64,000 nt of DNA from Oscillospiraceae bacterium (GCA_017436125.1 JAFSDS010000026.1:862-64861); one strand, 5' to 3'. Counted from the first letter of the stretch, positions 32,893-41,739 are shown. Notes: generated by a model not told the origin, from the letters alone. Translations and numbers: made by a program.

Positions 32893-33978
32893 ATGCAGAT
32901 GAATTTTGATATGGATAATGAAACCGGTCGTGTTATTAATATAAAAGTTGTCGGTGTTGGCGGCGGCGGCGGTAACGCAGTTAACCACATGGTAGTAAGC
33001 GAAGTTCAGGGTGTGGAGTTTATTTCTCTTAACACCGACAGACAGGCTCTTATGAAATCCAAAGCAACCGTTAAAACCGTCATCGGCGAAAAAACCTGTA
33101 AAGGCGGCGGCGCGGGCGGTAACCCCGATGTTGGCCAGAGAGCAGGCGAAGAAAGCCGCGACGAGATCCTTGCAGCTCTTAAAGGTGCACAGATGGTGTT
33201 TGTAACCGCAGGTATGGGCGGCGGCACCGGAACCGGTTCCGCAGCTATCGTTGCAGAAGTTTCCCGCGAACTTGGCGCACTTACCGTCGGTGTTGTTACA
33301 AAACCTTTCGCATTTGAAGGCAAACGCAGAATGGAACAGGCAGAGAGCGGTATCCTTGCTCTTCGCGACCATGTTGACGCACTTATCGTTATCCCCAACG
33401 AAAGACTTAAAGAAGTTTCTGAAACCAAGATCACCTTTATGAACGCTTTTGCACAGGCTGATGACGTTCTCCGTCACGGCGTACAGAGCATCAGTGATCT
33501 TATCAATATTGAAGGCTTTATCAACCTTGACTTTGCAGACGTTTGCAGCATCATGAGAGATGCGGGCGTTGCACACATGGGTGTTGGCCGCGCAGCAGGT
33601 GAGGACAAAGCTGAAAAAGCAACCAAAGCTGCTATTTCCAGCCCTCTTCTTGAAACCTCCATCGATGGCGCACACAGAGCTATCGTCAATATCCTTGCTT
33701 CTCCCGATATCAGCATGGAAGATGTTGATAAAGCAGCAACCATGGTAAGAGAAGCCTGCGCAGACGACGTAAACCTCATCTTCGGTGTTGCATTTGATGA
33801 AAATATGAACGATGAAATGGCTATCACCGTTATCGCAACCGGTTTTGACGACAATGGTGTTAAAAAGGTTTCCACCGAAATGCCTGCTTTTATGACCGGT
33901 TTCGGTGATGAAGAACCTGTTTCCGGTGAACCCAGCTTCCTCGATGACGATCTTATGTCCCTTTTCGGCAAAAAATAA
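32893..33978 (+). CDS. ftsZ: Cell division GTPase FtsZ
   Basis: GVGGGGGNAVNHM, GGGTGTGSAAIVA (tubulin signature), NLDFADV. Confidence 0.98.
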   Translation: MQMNFDMDNETGRVINIKVVGVGGGGGNAVNHMVVSEVQGVEFISLNTDRQALMKSKATVKTVIGEKTCKGGGAGGNPDVGQRAGEESRDEILAALKGAQMVFVTAGMGGGTGTGSAAIVAEVSRELGALTVGVVTKPFAFEGKRRMEQAESGILALRDHVDALIVIPNERLKEVSETKITFMNAFAQADDVLRHGVQSISDLINIEGFINLDFADVCSIMRDAGVAHMGVGRAAGEDKAEKATKAAISSPLLETSIDGAHRAIVNILASPDISMEDVDKAATMVREACADDVNLIFGVAFDENMNDEMAITVIATGFDDNGVKKVSTEMPAFMTGFGDEEPVSGEPSFLDDDLMSLFGKK

Positions 33979-33992
33979 TTTGACTACATAAC

Positions 33993-34030
33993 AAAAAAAG
34001 CCCTTTCGTAAAAGCGAAAGGGCTTTTTTA
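33993..34030 (+). terminator. Rho-independent terminator
   Basis: agccctttcg-(6-nt loop)-cgaaagggct followed by T6. Confidence 0.85.
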
Positions 34031-34066
34031 TTTCGCATATCCGCATCCTTTTTTTCATAAAGTTTT

Positions 34067-34672
34067 ATGAGAAAGAGGGTGTTTTTTATTTCTGCAAATA
34101 ATTATTCGGATTTTAACAGAATGATAGAGCGATATGAACAGGAGATGCGAAGGATATTTGAACAAAAACAGCGCATTGCCGGATTTGAAGAACCGGCGGT
34201 TAAAACCGCAGTCTATCCGGAGGATGCACCTAAAATTCCTCCGGTTCAGGAGCAGGAAAATACAGCTGTTTTGAAACCGGAGGAGAAAATATCTTCCGAA
34301 GAGGAAAACAAAACAGGAAAGATAATTGCGGAAGTTACCACCGGTGGAGGGGCAATTCCGCTTTTGGGAGTAACAGTCGTTATAGACCGTCTTGATCCTG
34401 ATGATCCCAAGGGCAGAAAGGAACTTATTGCAATCGAAACGACGGACCGAAGCGGAAGAACAAAACCGGTTGAAGTTCTTGCGGTGGAAAGGGATCTTTC
34501 CCTCGAACCTGGGAACAGCGATCCTTTTACGATTTTTTATGTTACCGCAGAAACGGCCGGCTATGAACCGGTAAAAGACCGGCCTGTTGATGTTTTTGCG
34601 GATGAGATATCTATTTTAAAAATCGATCTTATTCCAAAACCGGAAAAACTTTCCGGAGGTGAGAATTTTTAA
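34067..34672 (+). CDS. Hypothetical protein with C-terminal carboxypeptidase-regulatory-like beta-sandwich
   Basis: C-terminal GAIPLLGVTVVIDRLD...RSGRTKPVEV...TIFYVTAETAGYEPV pattern. Start uncertain (no clear SD). Confidence 0.45.
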   Translation: MRKRVFFISANNYSDFNRMIERYEQEMRRIFEQKQRIAGFEEPAVKTAVYPEDAPKIPPVQEQENTAVLKPEEKISSEEENKTGKIIAEVTTGGGAIPLLGVTVVIDRLDPDDPKGRKELIAIETTDRSGRTKPVEVLAVERDLSLEPGNSDPFTIFYVTAETAGYEPVKDRPVDVFADEISILKIDLIPKPEKLSGGENF

Positions 34673-35820
34673 TGGTAAAAACCTATGTTGCTGTTCCGGA
34701 ATTTATAACGGTACATCTTGGCCCTCCGGATTCTCCGGCGGAAAACGTGACCGTTTCTTTCCCGGAATACATAAAAAATGTTGCATCCAGCGAAATTTAT
34801 CCAACATGGCCGGAAAATGCCCTTCGGGCAAATATCTATGCACAGGTGAGTTTTGCCCTTAACCGGATATATACCGAATGGTACCGGAGCAGGGGATATC
34901 CCTTCGACATAACCTCTTCCACCAGCTATGACCAGAAATTTATAAAAAACCGCAATATTTTTGAAAACATAAGCGAAATAGTCGATGAGCTTTTTAACCG
35001 ATATATCGTAAAACAGGGGAGCCAGAACCCTTATTTTGCGGAATATTGCAACGGAACAACGGTAACCTGCAGCGGGCTTTCACAATGGGGAACAGTTGAC
35101 CTTGCAAACCGGGGTATGACGCCCTATGAGATTCTCCAGTATTATTACGGCGATGATATTGATATAAAAATCGCGCCCATTCTGCCATACGTGGAATCCT
35201 ATCCGGGAACGCCGCTTCGCCTTGGAAGCAGGGATTATGAGGTAAGGCTTATCCAGCAGAGGCTGAACCGCATAGGCAGAAATTTTCCCGCAATACCTAA
35301 GATAAATCCAGTTGACGGGGTTTTCGGTGAACAGACGGAAAATGCGGTAAAAGCTTTTCAGCGTGTTTTTAACCTTAACCCGGATGGGGTAGTTGGTTCC
35401 GCAACATGGTATAAAATCTCGTTCATTTATACTTCCGTTCGGAAGCTTTCGGAACTTTACGGAGAAAGCGAAAGCCTTTCGGATATACCGACCCAGTTTG
35501 TGGAACCGCTTGAACTCGGCGACAGCGGAAGCAGGGTCCGGCTTTTGCAGTATTACATAAATGTTCTTTCCGCTTTCTATAACGAACTTTCGGAAGTTCG
35601 GGAGGACGGACAGTTTGGAGAGGAAACAAGACAGCAGGTACTTAATTTTCAGCGGGTGTTTGGCCTTACACAGGACGGAATAGTGGGCATAGGAACATGG
35701 GATGCGCTTTATGATGCATACCTCGGAATCCTTCGCTCCGTTCCGCAAAAATATTTTAACGAAACGGTAAATGTTCCAAATGTTGGCCAGTATCCGGGCT
35801 ATGATTATCAGAGAATGTAA
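34672..35820 (+). CDS. SpoIID/LytB-like domain protein with two PG_binding_1 repeats
   Basis: ENALRANIYAQVSFALNRI and GLSQWGTVDLANRGMTPYEILQYYYG resemble SpoIID. Two repeats of G..V..LQ..LN....P..DG.FGE.T..AV..FQ....L..DG.VG..TW. Confidence 0.6.
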   Translation: MVKTYVAVPEFITVHLGPPDSPAENVTVSFPEYIKNVASSEIYPTWPENALRANIYAQVSFALNRIYTEWYRSRGYPFDITSSTSYDQKFIKNRNIFENISEIVDELFNRYIVKQGSQNPYFAEYCNGTTVTCSGLSQWGTVDLANRGMTPYEILQYYYGDDIDIKIAPILPYVESYPGTPLRLGSRDYEVRLIQQRLNRIGRNFPAIPKINPVDGVFGEQTENAVKAFQRVFNLNPDGVVGSATWYKISFIYTSVRKLSELYGESESLSDIPTQFVEPLELGDSGSRVRLLQYYINVLSAFYNELSEVREDGQFGEETRQQVLNFQRVFGLTQDGIVGIGTWDALYDAYLGILRSVPQKYFNETVNVPNVGQYPGYDYQRM

Positions 35821-35832
35821 GGTGATACTTTT

Positions 35833-36339
35833 TTGAACGGCGAACATGAATTCAATATAAGACAGATACAGCGCGCCCTGCGGATATTGCACAAAAACGG
35901 TGATGATATCCCGATTATTTATGAGGATGGGATATTCGGCGAAGAAACAAAACGGGCGGTTATAGCTTTTCAGGCACAAAAATCCCTTGACCCAACCGGA
36001 ACAGTCGATTACGGAACATGGGTGCTTCTTATGGAAAAGGCAAATGAATATATTGAAAAAGCCGCGGAGCCTTTTCCGATTTTTCCCTATGTAAACGATG
36101 AGAAAAGCGGAGTTTTGCCGGATGAGGAGGGAAAGACCGTTTGGTTTTTACAGGCTATGCTCATAGCCATAGGGGAAAAATATTCCGGTGTTGAGGAAGT
36201 TATGTTAAATGGAAAAACAGATTTTGCAACACAAAACGCACTTAATTATATCCACAGCAAAAACAGAAGCCAAAACGCAGAGGGAAAACTTTCAAAAGAA
36301 AGCTGGAATTCTGTTGCAAGGCTTTTCAATTCACTTTAA
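35833..36339 (+). CDS. Peptidoglycan-binding (PG_binding_1) domain protein
   Basis: TTG start. IRQIQRALRIL...DGIFGEETKRAVIAFQAQKSLDPTGTVDYGTW. Confidence 0.6.
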   Translation: MNGEHEFNIRQIQRALRILHKNGDDIPIIYEDGIFGEETKRAVIAFQAQKSLDPTGTVDYGTWVLLMEKANEYIEKAAEPFPIFPYVNDEKSGVLPDEEGKTVWFLQAMLIAIGEKYSGVEEVMLNGKTDFATQNALNYIHSKNRSQNAEGKLSKESWNSVARLFNSL

Positions 36340-36342
36340 AAA

Positions 36343-36375
36343 ATGGGCGGAAAAAACTTCCGCCCAAAATTTTTG
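36343..36375 (+). terminator. Hairpin terminator (interrupted T-tract)
   Basis: gggcggaa-aaaac-ttccgccc followed by aaaattttt. Confidence 0.5.
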
Positions 36376-36383
36376 ATAATTTT

Positions 36384-36447
36384 TGTAAAGTTAGCTTGAC
36401 ATTTATCTTTTACGGTGTTATAGTGTAAATGTAAAGTTAACTTGACA
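36384..36447 (+). repeat. 18-nt direct repeat TGTAAAGTTARCTTGACA, two copies 46 bp apart
   Basis: Copies at 36384-36401 and 36430-36447 (17/18 identical). Each contains TTGACA. Confidence 0.8.
36396..36424 (+). promoter_or_regulatory. Sigma-A promoter TTGACA-17-TATAGT with TGn extension
   Basis: Hexamers at 36396-36401 and 36419-36424, with TG at 36416-36417. Confidence 0.6.
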
Positions 36448-36475
36448 AATTTTCGGCAGAGGAGGAATCTTTGCA

Positions 36476-36679
36476 TTGAAGAATAAAATTGAAGAAATAA
36501 GAAAAGCAAAAGGCATCCGCCAGGAGGATTTTGCAAAAATCATGGGCGTTTCGCGCCAGACCATAAGCTCCCTTGAAACGGGAAAATATAATCCTTCCAT
36601 CTTTCTGGCATATAAAATCGCAAAGTTTTTTGAAATGACCATCGAAGAGGTTTTTATCTTTGATGAGGAGGAAATCTAA
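36476..36679 (+). CDS. Small XRE-family HTH transcriptional regulator
   Basis: TTG start 9 nt after GGAGGA. IRQEDFAKIMGVSRQTISSLETGKYNPS is an HTH_3 motif. 67 aa. Confidence 0.85.
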   Translation: MKNKIEEIRKAKGIRQEDFAKIMGVSRQTISSLETGKYNPSIFLAYKIAKFFEMTIEEVFIFDEEEI

Positions 36680-36692
36680 AAGGAGAAAAATC

Positions 36693-37094
36693 ATGAAATT
36701 TGAAAAAAAGATTTATCTTAATATTTTCTATGTTGTTATCGGTCTTGCTCTCATCGGCTGCGGAATTGCCGATATCGTTGACAGCTTTTGGAGCGGAATG
36801 GGCGGTGCCCTTATCGGCGTCGGCGTTATCCGTATCGTTCAGTATGTAAGATACCGCAAGAACCCCGAATATCGCGAAAAAATGGAAATCGAAGTAAACG
36901 ACGAACGCAATAAATTCCTCAGCGGAAGAGCCTGGGCCTGGGCCGGATATGCTTTTGTTATGCTCAATGCGGTGGGAACCATAGCCTTCAAGATTCTTGA
37001 AAATGATCTTCTTTCCCAATACTGCGCATATTCCGTTTGCATAATCATCGTTTTTTACTGGATCTCCTTCCTGTTCCTCAGAAAAAAATATTGA
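36693..37094 (+). CDS. Hypothetical membrane protein (4 TM)
   Basis: ATG 36693 lies 6 nt after AAAGGAGA (the track ORF starts at 36660). Hydrophobic helices. Operon partner of the XRE regulator. Confidence 0.65.
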   Translation: MKFEKKIYLNIFYVVIGLALIGCGIADIVDSFWSGMGGALIGVGVIRIVQYVRYRKNPEYREKMEIEVNDERNKFLSGRAWAWAGYAFVMLNAVGTIAFKILENDLLSQYCAYSVCIIIVFYWISFLFLRKKY

Positions 37095-37107
37095 TAAAGG
37101 TGTAAAA

Positions 37108-37341
37108 ATGAAAAGTATTGAAAGAAAACCAAGAAGAATAGCTGTTGCGGTTCTTTCCGTAATCGTTATTGCTATTATGTGGATAAATAAAGACGTTCTT
37201 GGCCTTTGGAGCGGTATTTCTTCGGAGGATATACTTCCTCTTCTTATGACAAACGGCCTTGTTATGCTGGCAAAAATCGCCGTTCTTGCGGGCGGTATCT
37301 ATCTTATAAAAACCGTCTTTGCAAAAATAAAAAACAGATAA
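37108..37341 (+). CDS. Hypothetical small membrane protein (2 TM)
   Basis: 77 aa with two hydrophobic helices. AAAGGTG lies upstream. Confidence 0.5.
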   Translation: MKSIERKPRRIAVAVLSVIVIAIMWINKDVLGLWSGISSEDILPLLMTNGLVMLAKIAVLAGGIYLIKTVFAKIKNR

Positions 37342-37376
37342 AAAGGGCCTCCGCAATGCGGAGGCTTTTGCTTTTA
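37341..37376. terminator. Bidirectional rho-independent terminator
   Basis: gcctccgc-aat-gcggaggc flanked by an A-run and a T-run. Shared by convergent genes. Confidence 0.8.
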
Positions 37377-38303
37377 TATGTTGCCAAGAATAAGATCAAG
37401 AAGGCTCGGTTCCGGTTTTGTGTCATCGTTAAGAATGGATTCCATAAATCCTTCGCGAACACCTACGGCATGAATTTCCATGCCGCTGCATCCCATTTTT
37501 TTCATAACGCCGGAAAGGACCGCCATTCCCGGAACGAGGGTGCGAATGCGCTTCGGCGCAACTTCAGCAATAAGTTCAACGGCTTCGTCGGGGCGCTCTG
37601 CAAGGAGCTTCATCATAAGTTCAAGCTCTTTAAGGGAAATCTCATTTCCTTTTTTGATGGTCGCATTATAGAGCTTCTGGATGGCCTTGGCGGTGCCTCC
37701 CATGGCAAAAAGCATTCCCCCGCAGGGGCAGAAACCTTCTTCGGAAAGAGAATCTCCAACGCATTTTTCTATTGCGGAAATTTCATCCTCCGTTGGAACA
37801 TTTCCTTTGGAAAAGCGCTTTGCGGTGCGGCTGCTTCCAAGGGGAAAACTTGCGCTTTTGATAGGTCCGTTTTTGTCATAGGTAAAAACCTGGATGGAGC
37901 CGCCCCCAAGGTCGCATCCGATGCCGCTTTCGGAATCGGAGATGCTTTTAAGGGCAAGATAATCATATTCGGCCTCTTCATCGCCGCTTATCATGCGTAT
38001 CTTCATCCCGGTGCGAAATTCCACCTGTTCAAGAACATCCTCTGCATTGTCGATATAGCGAAGAGAAGCGGTTGAAAAACATTCAACCCTGTCACAGCGA
38101 TAGTGGCGGCATGCCTGCTGATGTTCCTCAATGGCCTGAATTATATGCTCAATGCCGTCCTGTGAAAGGGAAGTTCCAACGGTGTTTTCAACGATTTTCG
38201 AATATATCGCAAAATCATAGATGCTTCGGTATTCTCTGTCCTCCGTTTCAAAAATATCAAGACGAAGGGTGTTGGTTCCAAAATCGATTATACCTATTCT
38301 CAT
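37374..38303 (-). CDS. Ppx/GppA-family phosphatase
   Basis: ATG at 38303 with GGAGG upstream. MRIGIIDFGTNTLRL, EEAEYDYLA, DLGGGSIQV motifs. The track ORF extends spuriously to 38516. Confidence 0.85.
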   Translation of the reverse strand: MRIGIIDFGTNTLRLDIFETEDREYRSIYDFAIYSKIVENTVGTSLSQDGIEHIIQAIEEHQQACRHYRCDRVECFSTASLRYIDNAEDVLEQVEFRTGMKIRMISGDEEAEYDYLALKSISDSESGIGCDLGGGSIQVFTYDKNGPIKSASFPLGSSRTAKRFSKGNVPTEDEISAIEKCVGDSLSEEGFCPCGGMLFAMGGTAKAIQKLYNATIKKGNEISLKELELMMKLLAERPDEAVELIAEVAPKRIRTLVPGMAVLSGVMKKMGCSGMEIHAVGVREGFMESILNDDTKPEPSLLDLILGNI

Positions 38304-38430
38304 AAAAATGCCTCCGGGGAAAAAGTATATATTTATTTTAGCACAAAGAAAGATTTTACTCAATAAATATATTATTTGGCGCGGTTTTGTGCTATACTGT
38401 TTGTGTATAGACAGAAAGCGAGGGAATATT

Positions 38431-39342
38431 ATGGACGATATAATCATTATTGGCGCAGGAACAGCCGGACTTACCGCCGCAATATATGGACAGAGAGCGG
38501 GACTCTCCTGCCGCATTTTTGAAAAATTTGCTCCCGGCGGCCAGATAGTAAATTCACCATCAATAGAAAACTATCCGGGAATGTATGGGGTTTCGGGCTA
38601 TGATTATTCCATGGCGCTTTTTGAACAGGCACAAAAATGCGGTGCAGTGGCAGAATTCGCCGAAGTTACGGGCATAGATTTTTCCGGAAAGAATAAAAAA
38701 GTCATGACGACCGCCGGCGAATTTGAGGCAAAGGCCGTTATTATTGCAAACGGCGCCGCAAGAAGAAAAATCGGATGCAAGGGCGAAGAGGAATTTGAAG
38801 GCAGGGGAGTTTCCTACTGCGCAACCTGTGACGGCGCGTTTTTCCGGGGAAAAACCGTTGCGGTTGTTGGCGGAGGAGAAAGCGCTTTTGAAGAAGCGGA
38901 ATACCTTGCGGAAATCTGCGATAAGGTCTATCTAATTCACAGAAGAGATATTTTTTCCGCCGCAAAAACTGCTGTTGATTCCGTGCTCAAAAAGAAAAAC
39001 GTAACCGTGCTCACAAATTCCGTCATTGAAGAAATCAAGGGAACAAATGCCGTATCTTCCGTTGTTATTAAAAACAGAGCAAACGGAAGTACCGTGGAAA
39101 TGCCCCTTTCCGCTGTTTTTGTTGCCATAGGTCTTTCTCCGGATAACGGACTTTATAAAGACGTGCTCAAGCTTGATGAATACGGATATTTTGATGCGGA
39201 AGAGGACTGCAAAACCAATATTGAAGGCGTTTTTGTTGCCGGCGATACCAGAAAAAAACATTTGCGTCAGCTTGTAACAGCGGCATCCGACGGTGCTGCA
39301 GCAGCAACAGCCGCGGCAAATTACATCAGAAAAAACTTTTGA
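38431..39342 (+). CDS. trxB: Thioredoxin-disulfide reductase
   Basis: IIIIGAGTAGLTAAIY, redox motif CATCDG, VVGGGESAFEEA. The track ORF starts upstream at 38221. Confidence 0.93.
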   Translation: MDDIIIIGAGTAGLTAAIYGQRAGLSCRIFEKFAPGGQIVNSPSIENYPGMYGVSGYDYSMALFEQAQKCGAVAEFAEVTGIDFSGKNKKVMTTAGEFEAKAVIIANGAARRKIGCKGEEEFEGRGVSYCATCDGAFFRGKTVAVVGGGESAFEEAEYLAEICDKVYLIHRRDIFSAAKTAVDSVLKKKNVTVLTNSVIEEIKGTNAVSSVVIKNRANGSTVEMPLSAVFVAIGLSPDNGLYKDVLKLDEYGYFDAEEDCKTNIEGVFVAGDTRKKHLRQLVTAASDGAAAATAAANYIRKNF

Positions 39343-39358
39343 TCAAAGAGGTGCTCAA

Positions 39359-40081
39359 ATGCGCGATTATAAAATCGAAACTGAAAAAAGAGTAGCGTTT
39401 ATCAAAGAAAAAATGGCGGAGGCCCATGCTCGTGGACTTATCTTCGGAAACAGCGGCGGAAAAGACAGTGCCCTTGTGGGTATCCTGTGCTCAATGGCAA
39501 CGGATAACGTGCTCGCGGTTGCAATGCCCTGCCATTCAAAGCGTAACTACGGCGAGGATATGGACGATGCGATTGCTCTTGCAGAGGCCTTTGGCATCGA
39601 AATGATAACCGTTGACCTTACAGAAACAAGAAGTGAACTTACCGAAGCTATCGGTGAAGAACTTTCAAAAGCTGCTCTTTCAAATATCGCGCCCCGTCTT
39701 CGTATGACAACTCTTTATGCCCTTGGTCAGACAAAAAACTATCTTGTTGTCGGAACAGGAAACAAAAGCGAGCGCTATATGGGATATTTTACAAAATGGG
39801 GCGACGGTGCTTTTGACCTTAACCCTATTGCGGATCTTACCGCGACGGAAATTTTTGAATTTTTGCGCTATCTCAAGGCTCCGCTCAATATAATTGAAAA
39901 AGCGCCCTCCGCAGGACTTTATGAAGGCCAGACCGATGAGCAGGAAATGGGCGTTACCTATAAGGCTATAGATGAATATATCACCACCGGAGAAACCGAT
40001 CCGAAATCCAAAGAGATAATCGACCGCTATCACAGGGTTTCGGAGCATAAACGCAAACTGCCGACGGTTTACGGTGAATAA
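39359..40081 (+). CDS. nadE: NH3-dependent NAD+ synthetase
   Basis: FGNSGGKDSALV PP-loop, GTGNKSE, YFTKWGDG. ATG 39359 after AGAGG. Confidence 0.92.
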   Translation: MRDYKIETEKRVAFIKEKMAEAHARGLIFGNSGGKDSALVGILCSMATDNVLAVAMPCHSKRNYGEDMDDAIALAEAFGIEMITVDLTETRSELTEAIGEELSKAALSNIAPRLRMTTLYALGQTKNYLVVGTGNKSERYMGYFTKWGDGAFDLNPIADLTATEIFEFLRYLKAPLNIIEKAPSAGLYEGQTDEQEMGVTYKAIDEYITTGETDPKSKEIIDRYHRVSEHKRKLPTVYGE

Positions 40082-40092
40082 CGGAGGAAACT

Positions 40093-40671
40093 ATGTCAGT
40101 TAAACAGGATTTTATCGATATTTTTCAGGAAAATGTAAAGCGCCCCGGCGCGGAAAAACTTCTTGAATGGCTTTGCCAGAGTGATTTTTTCACCGCTCCC
40201 GCTTCAACAAAATATCATTGCGCTTTTGAAGGCGGCCTTGCTTTTCACAGCATAAACGTATATAAGCTCCTTAAAAAACGCTGTGAGGAATATGGCATCA
40301 CCGACGGCGAAACCATAGCCATAGCCGGTCTTCTCCATGATGTCTGCAAGGCAAACTTCTATACCATAAGCTACCGCAACGCAAAAAACGAAAGGGGACA
40401 GTGGGAAAAAGTTCCTTATTATGCCGTTGATGACCAGTTCCCCTTCGGTCACGGCGAAAAATCCGTTTTTGTTATCGAGCGCTTTATGCGTCTTCGTGAA
40501 AACGAGGCTATCGCGATCCGCTGGCATATGGGCGGATTTGATGATACCGCAAAAGCCGGCGGCTTCAGCATAAGCCACGCCTATGAAAAATATCCCCTTG
40601 CGGTCCTTCTTCATATGGCGGATCTTGAGGCAACATATCTTTCCGAACAGGGAGAAAACGCAAAACACTGA
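40093..40671 (+). CDS. HD-domain phosphohydrolase
   Basis: YHCAFEGGLAFHS and GLLHDVCK (H...HD) motifs. 192 aa. Confidence 0.7.
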   Translation: MSVKQDFIDIFQENVKRPGAEKLLEWLCQSDFFTAPASTKYHCAFEGGLAFHSINVYKLLKKRCEEYGITDGETIAIAGLLHDVCKANFYTISYRNAKNERGQWEKVPYYAVDDQFPFGHGEKSVFVIERFMRLRENEAIAIRWHMGGFDDTAKAGGFSISHAYEKYPLAVLLHMADLEATYLSEQGENAKH

Positions 40672-40690
40672 TACATAAGGAAGTGAAAAA

Positions 40691-41158
40691 ATGAACCAGG
40701 TGCTGACTCCGGAGGAGTTTTGGGAAGCATATTGCGACCACAACATGGATCTTAACAAAGAGGAACTTTATTATGATGTATGGCAGTTTCTTGACGGCGC
40801 AAAAGGCTGTGACCGCCTTGCTTCCATGTGCCTTGCGGGTATAAAAACCGCAACCTCAAGCCTTTATGAGGCTTTTGAACTTGACGATGTAAAAGTTCCG
40901 GAGGAGGGGGATTACTCCATAATCCTTGACAGCGAAGAGGTTCCGCTTTTCATTCTCCGTGATACTAAAGTAGAGATAAAAAAATTCTCCGAAGTGGATG
41001 CGGATTTTGCTTTTAAGGAAGGCGAGGGTGACCAGACCCTTGAATATTGGCAGAAAACAAAGAAAAAATATTTTGAGAAAAAAGCCGAAGAATACGGAAT
41101 AGAATTTTCGGATGACACCCTCGTAGTCTGTGAGGAATTTGAGGTTATTTTCCAGTGA
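40691..41158 (+). CDS. ASCH-domain protein
   Basis: FWEAY N-terminus. KTATSSLYEAFE...VPEEGDYSIILD and FAFKEGEGDQTLEYWQ are typical of ASCH/YqfB-like proteins. Confidence 0.65.
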   Translation: MNQVLTPEEFWEAYCDHNMDLNKEELYYDVWQFLDGAKGCDRLASMCLAGIKTATSSLYEAFELDDVKVPEEGDYSIILDSEEVPLFILRDTKVEIKKFSEVDADFAFKEGEGDQTLEYWQKTKKKYFEKKAEEYGIEFSDDTLVVCEEFEVIFQ

Positions 41159-41159
41159 T

Positions 41160-41687
41160 ATGAATGTTAAAAACAACAGCAGAAAAAAAGCCTCCGTTGA
41201 AAAAATCGAAAACGCTTTTATGGAGCTTTTACAGACAAAAAAACGCAGTGAAATAACTGTTTTGGAAATAAGTGAAAAAGCCGGTGTTAACAGAAGTACT
41301 TTTTATGCAAACTTTCTCGATATGGATGATCTTGAAACGGCGCTGAAAAAGCGCCTGCTGAGCGAGTTCAGAAACGTTTATAAAGAAGAAATAAAAATGC
41401 GCAGCGGAAGCAACGATTTTCTAAAGCTTTTTTATCACATAAAAGATAACAAAATGCTTTACCGCGCATATTTTAAGCTTGGTGCAAGTTTTACCCCAAT
41501 GGATATTCGTTATGACAAAGGCCAGGCGGAAAAATATTTTAAAAATGAAGATATTGAATATCACCTTGAGTTTTTCTATAACGGACTTAACGGAATAATC
41601 AAAAAATGGCTCGAAAACAACTGCGATAAATCACCGGAAGAGATTGAAAAAATACTTAAAACGGAATATCAGGGAAGAAAGATATAA
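41160..41687 (+). CDS. TetR-family transcriptional regulator
   Basis: ITVLEISEKAGVNRSTFYANF is a TetR_N HTH motif. ATG lies 2 nt after the ASCH stop. Confidence 0.85.
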   Translation: MNVKNNSRKKASVEKIENAFMELLQTKKRSEITVLEISEKAGVNRSTFYANFLDMDDLETALKKRLLSEFRNVYKEEIKMRSGSNDFLKLFYHIKDNKMLYRAYFKLGASFTPMDIRYDKGQAEKYFKNEDIEYHLEFFYNGLNGIIKKWLENNCDKSPEEIEKILKTEYQGRKI

Positions 41688-41729
41688 AAAAACCGTGCCG
41701 GTAACCGGCACGGTTTTTTCTTTTTTTTT
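41685..41729. terminator. Bidirectional rho-independent terminator
   Basis: aaccgtgccgg-taa-ccggcacggtt flanked by A7 and a T-run. Confidence 0.85.
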
Positions 41730-41739
41730 GGCAGATTTA

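Noticed and set aside
28127-34038. Chain of long minus-strand ORFs (28127-29338, 29360-30352, 30491-31699, 32887-34038) across the dcw cluster
   Set aside because: They lie opposite unmistakable mraY, ftsW, murG and ftsZ genes. They are codon-aligned antisense frames with low-complexity translations.
36442-36447. Second TTGACA as an independent promoter for the XRE operon
   Set aside because: No acceptable -10 hexamer lies 16-18 nt downstream (the region is the GGAGGA RBS). It is interpreted as an operator copy instead.
37206-38075. 289-aa plus-strand ORF
   Set aside because: It is antisense to the Ppx/GppA-family gene (DFGTNT and DLGGGS motifs).
38221-39342. N-terminally extended versions of real genes in the ORF track, starting at 38221, 39293, 47903, 19772, 21118, 21593, 23139, 36660, 41130, 49270, 52151, 52311, 9882, 4302, 6863, 37374-38516 and 58000
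   Set aside because: The extensions run through upstream genes, terminators or promoters. Internal starts with proper Shine-Dalgarno spacing and family-typical N-termini were chosen instead.
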